NCBI GenBank assembly: GCA_030612025.1
Contig: JAUWOR010000001.1
Span: 32,001 to 96,000, forward strand
Origin: Dehalococcoidia bacterium
GTDB taxonomy: Bacteria; Chloroflexota; Dehalococcoidia; GIF9; AB-539-J10
Reading direction: 5' to 3'
Length of the DNA: 64,000 nucleotides
Under the pieces are notes generated by a model. The model was not told the origin of the DNA, did not search any database, and saw nothing but the letters and a program-made list of their open reading frames with translations. Below are positions 56,986 to 64,000 of this stretch, piece by piece. How positions within the stretch are numbered: position 1 is the stretch's first letter; every line of letters starts with the position of its first letter. The position numbers and the translations under genes were made by a program.

Positions 56986-58968
56986 ATGATTATCAAAAAT
57001 GTCAGGGTCAGAAATTTCCGCTGTATTCGGGACGAGACTCTTGAGTGTGAGGACTTAACAGTGCTAGTTGGGCCAAATGGGTCGGGAAAATCCTCATTTT
57101 TGCGTGCTATTGACCTCTTTTACACGCTAGCAGCAAAGATAAGCGGAGAGGATTTCTATGCAAGAAACACGTCGCAGCCAATCATCATAACGGTTACCTT
57201 TATAGATTTGACAGACGCGGAGAAGCGTTTTTATAAGCCCTACTTGGAAAATGGCAGTTTAACCGTTGAAAAAGAAATTAGCTTTCCCGGGGGTAAGGGA
57301 AATGAAAAGTATTTTGGGTCGAGAATGTGTAATCCAGATTTTCGAGGGGTCCGAAGTGCAGACTCTGCTATCAGCAAGCGTGATGCTTACAATGAACTTC
57401 GCCAACAAGAACAGTATTCAGAACTTCCTACTGTCAGGAGGGCTGATGACATAGAACCTATCTTGGAAGAGTGGGAACGAAACCATCCTGATAAATGCCG
57501 AAGAATGCCTGACCCCAGACAGTTCTTTGGTTTTCGGGAGGTAGGGAGCGCAAGATTGGAGAGATTTACTGACTTCATCTTTGTTCCAGCTGTAAAGGAT
57601 GCAGCGGAAGATGCCTCAGAGGGGAGGAATAGCCCCCTAACACAGTTGATAGACCGAGTTGTGAGACAAGTTCTCCAGCAGAAGCCTGAATTAGAACAGT
57701 TCAGAACAGGTGCGCGAGAGAAATATAAGGAACTGATGGATGAGAAAAATCTACCTGAATTGCCTCAATTGGCTGACGACTTAACCAAGACTCTTCAAAC
57801 ATATGTGGCAGAGGCTCAAGTAAATCTTCGGTGGGAGGTTAGCGAACTTGATGTTCCTATCCCCCTTGCCTCTGCTATGCTAGTTGAAGATGATTTTGAG
57901 GGTGATGTTTCAAGGAAAGGCCATGGACTTCAGAGGGCTTTTATTTTAACTCTGCTACAGCATTTAGCTGTCATCAAAGGAATGGGGGAAATTGAGACGC
58001 AAGAAGGCGCTACTGGGCTAGCTGAGGACAATATGAAGGGGAAAGGCGGATTAGGTACAGCTCCCATTACTCCTAACCTGGTTATCGCAATAGAAGAGCC
58101 AGAACTCTATCAGCACCCCAATCGTCAGCGCCATCTTGCTAAGGTATTCCTTCAATTGTCTCATCCTGGATCAGACTTGGAGAGAGGCGGACGTATTCAG
58201 GTGATTTATTCAACGCACTCCCCCATTTTTGTCGGGAGCGAAAGAGTTGGTCAAATCCGACTTTTGCGAAAAGAGAGGTGTGAAGATAACCTACCTAAGG
58301 AAACAAGAGTTAAGTTCACGACAATGGCTCATATTGCCAAGAAGCTTGGGGAAGCTACAGCTAAACTTGCCACAGTGGCAAGTACCCAATCTAGGCTAGT
58401 AAGCATAATGAGCCCCTGGGTAAACGAAGGATTCTTTGCTGATATAGCTGTTTTAGTCGAAGGGGAGAGTGACAGGGCTGTCATCATGGAAGTGGCTAAG
58501 CAGATCGATGTGGATTTTGAAAAAATCGGAATATCTGTGATCCCAGTAATGGGGAAAACTAAATTGGATCGTCCTCATTTGATCTTCACCGAACTCGGTA
58601 TCTCAACCTATATCGTCTTTGATTGTGACAGGAGCAAGGGGGGAAATGGGAAGCCAGAGACCAATAAACTATTGCTAAAGCTATGCGGTCACCCCGAGGA
58701 GGAATTTCCAAAAACCAGTGTGAGAGAAAATATTGCTTGCTTTGAGGAAAATTTGCCGGCTACTTTGAGAGAAGAAATAGGTGATCAGCTTTACGAGCAG
58801 CTTCTTGGGCAATACAGCTTCGAATTAGGCTACAGTCCTCCTAAAGAAGGGGAGAAAAATCCTCTCGTTCTTAGCAACATCGTGGAGGAGGCCTATAAAA
58901 GGGGTAAAAAGACAAAGACACTAGAGGATATAGTGAAAACAATAGTTGCGCTTAAACGCGGTGGGTGA
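56986..58968 (+). CDS. OLD-family ATP-dependent endonuclease (ABC ATPase + TOPRIM)
   Basis: NFRCI, GPNGSGKSS, GHGLQR, IEEPELYQHP, STHSP, LVEGESD, FDCD. Confidence 0.9.
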   Translation: MIIKNVRVRNFRCIRDETLECEDLTVLVGPNGSGKSSFLRAIDLFYTLAAKISGEDFYARNTSQPIIITVTFIDLTDAEKRFYKPYLENGSLTVEKEISFPGGKGNEKYFGSRMCNPDFRGVRSADSAISKRDAYNELRQQEQYSELPTVRRADDIEPILEEWERNHPDKCRRMPDPRQFFGFREVGSARLERFTDFIFVPAVKDAAEDASEGRNSPLTQLIDRVVRQVLQQKPELEQFRTGAREKYKELMDEKNLPELPQLADDLTKTLQTYVAEAQVNLRWEVSELDVPIPLASAMLVEDDFEGDVSRKGHGLQRAFILTLLQHLAVIKGMGEIETQEGATGLAEDNMKGKGGLGTAPITPNLVIAIEEPELYQHPNRQRHLAKVFLQLSHPGSDLERGGRIQVIYSTHSPIFVGSERVGQIRLLRKERCEDNLPKETRVKFTTMAHIAKKLGEATAKLATVASTQSRLVSIMSPWVNEGFFADIAVLVEGESDRAVIMEVAKQIDVDFEKIGISVIPVMGKTKLDRPHLIFTELGISTYIVFDCDRSKGGNGKPETNKLLLKLCGHPEEEFPKTSVRENIACFEENLPATLREEIGDQLYEQLLGQYSFELGYSPPKEGEKNPLVLSNIVEEAYKRGKKTKTLEDIVKTIVALKRGG

Positions 58969-59115
58969 AGTGAAATACAATTGTATGGACTATACTGAAG
59001 TTGCCCTTTGCAAAGAAACCCTGGCGATGTGGGCAAAGCAAGAAGCAATTGACAAATAATAGATAAATTGGTAGATTTATAGAAATTCTAACTTTTGGAT
59101 ATATGGGCTTTTAAA

Positions 59116-59391
59116 ATGGCAAGACGGGTGAGCAAGGTTGTACGACCTCTGGCTAAGGGACAAATCACCATCCCTGCTGAATTCAGGCAAAAACTAGGCA
59201 TAGATGCCAATACGCTCCTGGATATCAGCTTGGTAGAAGGCAAGCTGGAAATCATCCCTATCAGAATAAGAAGAGCGGAACCTTTGCGTGAGTACACCGA
59301 TGATGATATCCAGCAGTTCCTGGAAGCTGACAAGATTGATGCACAGACGGCTGGTAAGGTAAAAGAGCTTTTATCCCAAGGAAAGATTTAG
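59116..59391 (+). CDS. AbrB-type antitoxin
   Basis: KGQITIPAEFRQKLGI. Confidence 0.9.
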   Translation: MARRVSKVVRPLAKGQITIPAEFRQKLGIDANTLLDISLVEGKLEIIPIRIRRAEPLREYTDDDIQQFLEADKIDAQTAGKVKELLSQGKI

Positions 59392-59397
59392 CAAAGG

Positions 59398-59862
59398 TTG
59401 TTAAAAGAACAGGCTAAAGTATTTTTAGACGCTAGCATTTTCATGGCAGCAGTAAGATCTCCAAGCGGTGGTTCTGCTTTGGTGTTAGAGGTTTGCCGGG
59501 GTGGGAAATTCCGAGCCATAAGCACTAGGAAGGTCCTCTTAGAAGCTCAAAGGAATATTAAAAGGAAATTTTCCGAAGAGGAACTTATTAAGTTTTACCG
59601 AGAGATCGTGACCCTGAAACTGGAAACGACGGAACCGGCGATTGAAGAAGAGATTGCAGAATATTCCCAGCTCATTGAACAAAAGGATGCTCATGTTCTG
59701 GCTGCTGCTATTAAAAGTGGTGCAGCCTTCTTGATAACTTTAGGTCAAAAGCATTTTATGACCTATGTAATCAAACAGGCAAAATTACCAATCAGTATTC
59801 TAACTCCGGGGGAATTTTTGCGGGCATCTGCAAGATATGAGAAACAGGACGACCACTCCTGA
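59398..59862 (+). CDS. PIN domain toxin
   Basis: FLDAS, E, KDAHVLAAA, TPGEF. Confidence 0.85.
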   Translation: MLKEQAKVFLDASIFMAAVRSPSGGSALVLEVCRGGKFRAISTRKVLLEAQRNIKRKFSEEELIKFYREIVTLKLETTEPAIEEEIAEYSQLIEQKDAHVLAAAIKSGAAFLITLGQKHFMTYVIKQAKLPISILTPGEFLRASARYEKQDDHS

Positions 59863-59925
59863 GAAATAGGGTAAACTACCCAGGAAAATTAATAATCTTT
59901 ATAGCCTAAGTGAGGAGAAAGCCTA

Positions 59926-60789
59926 ATGCCTGAAGCAAAAGTAGGAATTATAGGCGGAACTGGCCTTTATAAGGTGGAGGGGATGACCGAAGTGAAGGAG
60001 GTGAAGCTGACCACACCGTTTGGTGAGCCCAGCGACGCCATCGTCCTGGGTAAGATTGAAGGGATAAGGGTCGCTTTTCTGCCCAGACATGGTAAAGGGC
60101 ATCGCCTAGGCCCTAGTGAGATGCCAGTTAAGGCCAATATTTATGCCTTAAAATCTTTAGGCGTCGAAAGGATTATCTCTGTGACCGCCGTGGGCAGCCT
60201 CAAGGAGGAAATCCTACCTCCGGATTTAGTTATCCCCGACCAGCTTATTGACCGCACCAAGGGCAGAGATAGCACTTTCTTCACTCATGGTGTAGTAGCT
60301 CACATCGCCTTTGCTGAGCCCTTCTGTCCGGTTTTGAGTCAAGTTTTGTTTGAGGCGGGCATTAAAGCAGAGGCGAAGGTACATAAAGGTGGCACATTTC
60401 TGGCTATGGAAGGGCCACAATTTTCCACCAAGGCTGAGTCACAGCTTTACCGCTCCTGGGGTGCTTGTATCATTAGCATGACTGCTTTGCCTGAAGCTAA
60501 ACTGGCCAGGGAAGCCGAAATATGCTATGCCGTACTTGCCATGGTCACCGACTGTGATTGCTGGCATCCAAGCTATGAATCAGTAACTACGGAGATGATT
60601 CTGGCTAATTTGCAAAAGGGCGTTGATACCGCCAAGGAAATCCTGAGGCTAACAATACCTGGTATCCCCCAGAAGCGAGATTGCATTTGTGCCGCTGCCC
60701 TTAAGGATGCTATTGCTACTGCGCCGGAATATATCCCAGAGAAGGCGAAAGAGGATTTAGCGTTACTGATTAAAAAATATATAAAATAG
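59926..60789 (+). CDS. mtnP: S-methyl-5'-thioadenosine phosphorylase
   Basis: GIIGGTG, TPFG.PS, PRHG.GH, EGPQFSTKAES, MT..PEAKLAREAE, D.DCW. Confidence 0.95.
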   Translation: MPEAKVGIIGGTGLYKVEGMTEVKEVKLTTPFGEPSDAIVLGKIEGIRVAFLPRHGKGHRLGPSEMPVKANIYALKSLGVERIISVTAVGSLKEEILPPDLVIPDQLIDRTKGRDSTFFTHGVVAHIAFAEPFCPVLSQVLFEAGIKAEAKVHKGGTFLAMEGPQFSTKAESQLYRSWGACIISMTALPEAKLAREAEICYAVLAMVTDCDCWHPSYESVTTEMILANLQKGVDTAKEILRLTIPGIPQKRDCICAAALKDAIATAPEYIPEKAKEDLALLIKKYIK

Positions 60790-60921
60790 AGGCCGTTTAA
60801 AAATGTAGTTGCCCAATTTATTGGGCGACTGTGCCTGATAAATCAGGCAACTACAAAAATTTGGGGGTGAAACACCTCTGAGATGGCTGAAATTGAACGG
60901 GGAATCAAAATTAAACGGCCT
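60789..60921 (+). mobile_element. MITE-like element with REPIN core B
   Basis: Near-identical to 50016-50148. Confidence 0.85.
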
Positions 60922-60942
60922 GAAAATAAAAAAGGAGGGATG

Positions 60943-61149
60943 ATGAAAAACTTTCGGGTTAGAGGGTCTATTTATTTTGCCGAGCATGTTAATTTCAATG
61001 CACTTGCCCATATTTTTGCTGGATTAGGGATAGCGTGGCTTGTATCCTTATCCTGGCACTATGCCATACCCCCTTTGGTAGCAGGGGCAATATTCCTCGT
61101 TGCCAGTATTGCCATGCATATCCATGCTTATACGCATGGTGAATTTTGA
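60943..61149 (+). CDS. Small two-TM membrane protein
   Basis: AAAGGAGG RBS; hydrophobic helices with several His. Confidence 0.65.
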   Translation: MKNFRVRGSIYFAEHVNFNALAHIFAGLGIAWLVSLSWHYAIPPLVAGAIFLVASIAMHIHAYTHGEF

Positions 61150-61173
61150 TAGAGCCTTTAAGTAAGCGAAAAA

Positions 61174-62199
61174 ATGGCAAAATTTGAGTTTGCTTGCTTG
61201 CCTACAGCTATCGGCAGCATGCCTCACACCGAGCCTGAAAAGGCTTGCTCTATTGTCATGAAATATCTTCCCGCCATCCCCGCCTGGCCTCAGTTGCCAA
61301 AGCGCTCCCCAAAGGAAAATATGTCTATCCAATTCAGCGAGGGTTTCCCGGGAATAGTTATAGCCAAGGATAAAATCCATATCGAGCCGTGGGCAAATTT
61401 TGAAACCGAGCTAGGGCAAATTTATGCTGACTGTGAGCAAGATAATCCCAGTAAATATGGCATTTCTGCGAAATACGCTGCTGGACTTCATGCCTTCCTG
61501 TCACAGGTAAAAAAGACAGGAATAGTCAAGGGGCAGATAACAGGTCCTATCACCTGGGGGCTGACGGTTACTCGTCAGGATGGCTTAGCCATCCTTTATG
61601 ACGATACCTTGGCTGAAGTCGCCGCTAAGTTCTTACGACTAAAAGCCGCCTGGCAAGAAAATGCTTTAAGGAAAATATCACACCATACTATCATCTTTGT
61701 TGATGAGCCATATTTAGTCTCTTTAGGCTCGGTTTTTACTCCCATCCCTGAAGATAAAGTGGCTGCCTTACTAGAGGAAGTTTTCCAGGGAATCAAAGGG
61801 ATAAAAGGATTGCATTGCTGTGGCAATACTGATTGGCCAGTTCTTTTGGGCACCACGACTGACATCCTTAGCTTCGATGCTTACAATTACGCTTCCTCCC
61901 TTAGTAGTTATCCCAATGAAGTAAAATCTTTTCTCCAGCGTGGAGGCAATATTGCCTGGGGAATCGTGCCCAACGATGAAGAAGCTTTAGCTAAGGAATC
62001 GCTATCCAGCCTCCGTGACCGCTTAGAAGAGGCTATGGCTCCCTTCACCCAAAATGGCATCAGTTTTAAGCAAATTTTAAGGCAAAGCTTGCTAACTCCT
62101 TCTTGCGGACTGACAGCCCTATCACCTGAAGCAGCATGTCAGGCTCTGGAATTAGTAGCCAAGTTATCCCATGATTTAAGGAGGCGATATACTTTATAA
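61174..62199 (+). CDS. Core (single-domain MetE-like) methionine synthase
   Basis: TAIGSMPH, WPQLP, KGQITGP, DEP, HCC, TPSCG. Confidence 0.8.
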   Translation: MAKFEFACLPTAIGSMPHTEPEKACSIVMKYLPAIPAWPQLPKRSPKENMSIQFSEGFPGIVIAKDKIHIEPWANFETELGQIYADCEQDNPSKYGISAKYAAGLHAFLSQVKKTGIVKGQITGPITWGLTVTRQDGLAILYDDTLAEVAAKFLRLKAAWQENALRKISHHTIIFVDEPYLVSLGSVFTPIPEDKVAALLEEVFQGIKGIKGLHCCGNTDWPVLLGTTTDILSFDAYNYASSLSSYPNEVKSFLQRGGNIAWGIVPNDEEALAKESLSSLRDRLEEAMAPFTQNGISFKQILRQSLLTPSCGLTALSPEAACQALELVAKLSHDLRRRYTL

Positions 62200-62213
62200 T
62201 AGGAGCATAAGAA

Positions 62214-62409
62214 ATGGAGTGTCAGATTGAGGTCAACAAATCCAGGTGTAGCTGCACTTATGAGCCATGTGACAGAAAGGGTAAATGCTGTGAGTGCATA
62301 CGCTACCATTGGGAACATGGTGAGCTCTCTGGCTGCCTAGGGCAAGCCGGAAGTAGAAAGGACTTATGACCGCTCATTGGCTAAGTTCATTGCTGTTTAT
62401 TCCAAGTAG
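62214..62409 (+). pseudogene. Cys-rich DUF6485-like protein, frameshifted
   Basis: MEC...[21 protein letters not shown]...GEL.GC, then out-of-frame [15 protein letters not shown]. Confidence 0.7.
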
Positions 62410-62435
62410 TTGCCTGATTTATCAGGCTTAAGGGT

Positions 62436-62534
62436 ATGAATAAGAAGAAAAGAATGGCTGCCCTAAAACAGCGTCGGCGCCAGAAAAAGCTCAAGGAAAA
62501 GAAGAAACCTATGGCTTTAGCTAAGGAGCAATGA
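62436..62534 (+). CDS. Small, highly basic 32-aa protein
   Basis: MNKKKRMAALKQRRRQKKLKEKKKPMALAKEQ*; ATGA overlap with the next gene. Confidence 0.45.
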   Translation: MNKKKRMAALKQRRRQKKLKEKKKPMALAKEQ

Positions 62535-63055
62535 AAAGGGTCCTCCTGCTAACCGGCAAGCCGGGCACTGGCAAAACTGCTCTCATCAAGGAAGCCATAG
62601 CTAAGGCAAAAATTAGAGCTGGCGGCTTTTACACCGAAGAAATACGAAGTGGCGGGATAAGGCAAGGATTCAGAATAATCACCCTCGATGGGCAAAATGG
62701 TATATTGGCGCATATCAATATCCCTAGCCCCTATCAGGTAAGCAAATACAAAGTTGATATTAATAGTTTGAACGAGGTTGGCGTTTCTGCTATCCATCAA
62801 GCGCTGAAGGAATGTGATTTGGTAGTCATCGATGAAATTGGCAAGATGGAGCTTTTATCGCCGCGGTTTAAGGAAGCCGTGCAGCAAGCAATAGACAGCG
62901 GGAAAAAGTTCCTGGGTACTATCATGCTTAGCCCTAATCCCTTTGCCGACGAAATCAAGCACCATCCGGAAGTTAAATTACTTGTGGTAACCAAGAGTAA
63001 CCGTAACCAAGTGTTGAAAGAAATCTTAAATTGGCTGGAGATAGTTGCCAGGTGA
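62531..63055 (+). CDS. THEP1/NTPase_1 family nucleoside triphosphatase
   Basis: TGKPGTGKT, GGFYTEEIR, IDEIGKMEL. Confidence 0.92.
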   Translation: MKRVLLLTGKPGTGKTALIKEAIAKAKIRAGGFYTEEIRSGGIRQGFRIITLDGQNGILAHINIPSPYQVSKYKVDINSLNEVGVSAIHQALKECDLVVIDEIGKMELLSPRFKEAVQQAIDSGKKFLGTIMLSPNPFADEIKHHPEVKLLVVTKSNRNQVLKEILNWLEIVAR

Positions 63056-63579
63056 AAATCACTCTTAAACCATTGGGCGAGGTAGACAATCAAATAGTTA
63101 AAGAACTTGGGGAAGAGGTCTATCGCGTCTTCCAGTGCCCGGTAGAAGTAAAAAAGGGCTTCAGCTACCTGGCTCACGCCTATAATCCTGAAAGACGACA
63201 ATACCTTTCCTCAAGCTTGCTAGCCACATTGAATACCTCGGAAAGGGAAAGAGATGAGAAAATCGTGGGCATAGTTGATGTTGACCTTTACGTTCCAAGA
63301 CTTAATTTCGCTTTTGGTGAAGCTGACATTAGCTCTGGCACAGCGATTGTATCCTTATGCCGATTGAGGCAGGAATATTATGGCTCGCCACCCGATAAGA
63401 GGTTATTCATGGAAAGAGCCACCAAGGAAATAGTTCATGAACTAGGACATACCTTCGGCCTAGGGCATTGCCCTAATGCCAAATGCGTTATGCACTTCTC
63501 CAATTGCTTGGCAGATACCGACTGGAAGGAAGCAAATTTTTGCCCCGGATGTCATCCCAAAATAATGCCCTTGATATAG
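63052..63579 (+). CDS. Archaemetzincin (peptidase M54)
   Basis: HELGHTFGLGHC...CVM.FS, FC..C. Confidence 0.92.
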   Translation: MKITLKPLGEVDNQIVKELGEEVYRVFQCPVEVKKGFSYLAHAYNPERRQYLSSSLLATLNTSERERDEKIVGIVDVDLYVPRLNFAFGEADISSGTAIVSLCRLRQEYYGSPPDKRLFMERATKEIVHELGHTFGLGHCPNAKCVMHFSNCLADTDWKEANFCPGCHPKIMPLI

Positions 63580-63598
63580 TTTCGTGGGCAAGAAAAAA

Positions 63599-63717
63599 GA
63601 GGGTGTTTAAAAATGTAGTTGCCCAATTTATTGGGCGACTGTGCCTGATAAATCAGGCAACTACGAAAATCTTGGGGGAAAGATTATTAAAACTGAATGA
63701 GGCAAAATTAAACAGCT
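63599..63717 (+). mobile_element. MITE-like element with REPIN core B in a core-A-type shell
   Basis: Shell matches the reverse complement of 9861-9981 outside the core. Confidence 0.85.
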
Positions 63718-63742
63718 AAGAAAAAAGAAAGGGAGGTTAAAC

Positions 63743-64000
63743 ATGGCAAAAGTGTATGACATAAAGAGGCTAAAGGATTTAAACGAAGAGGAGAAAGGTC
63801 AACTGCTAAAGGATGCTTATGACCTGGGCTTCAAGTATGAGCATGACTACCATGGATGCTCGCAATCAGCCTTTGGTGCTTTGCAGGAATTGTTTGGCAT
63901 TTCCAATGACATTGCTTTTAAGGCTGCTTGCGGACTCGCTGGAGGTCTGGGAGGTTCTTCGCTGATGACCTGCGGTGCGCTTAGTGGCTCATGTATGTTC
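63743..64000 (+). CDS. C-GCAxxG-C-C family redox protein (partial)
   Basis: GCSQS, GLAGG, TCGALSG; runs off the window. Confidence 0.8.
   Translation, partial: MAKVYDIKRLKDLNEEEKGQLLKDAYDLGFKYEHDYHGCSQSAFGALQELFGISNDIAFKAACGLAGGLGGSSLMTCGALSGSCMF

Noticed and set aside
56986-58968. Gabija system
   Set aside because: No adjacent UvrD-like GajB gene.
9861-63717. CRISPR array
   Set aside because: Palindromic repeats are dispersed, with no repeat-spacer periodicity and no cas genes.

Overview
Bacterial chromosomal window, most consistent with an anaerobic Chloroflexota (Dehalococcoidia-like) genome; this is inferred from gene content and archaeal-type genes, not proven. Core content: the 3' half of a tRNA-Arg, a corrinoid salvage/remodelling operon (btuF-Dph6-like-cobO-btuC-cbiZ-btuD-cbiB-cobD-cobT-cobS-cobU), nucleoside salvage genes, mtaB, recJ, lgt, treT, an MrfA-like helicase and methionine salvage/synthesis genes (mtnA, mtnP, core methionine synthase). 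Accessory content: about eight toxin-antitoxin modules (several with damaged toxins) and a defence operon (RadC-N, MNT, HEPN, type IIG R-M, WYL, OLD nuclease) between mtnA and mtnP. Most striking patterns: (1) at four loci, cargo with no integrase sits between an intact gene and a displaced, slightly diverged 85-140 bp copy of that gene's own 3' end; (2) a secreted papain-like peptidase plus beta-propeller partner is followed by an orphan peptidase C-terminus plus a different propeller, resembling a polymorphic effector/immunity locus, behind a poly-G promoter; (3) a MITE-like shell carries interchangeable REP/REPIN cores and is co-oriented with transcription; (4) REP-derived in-frame peptide insertions occur in several housekeeping proteins. 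All calls are by eye from the sequence and ORF track; no database searches were run.
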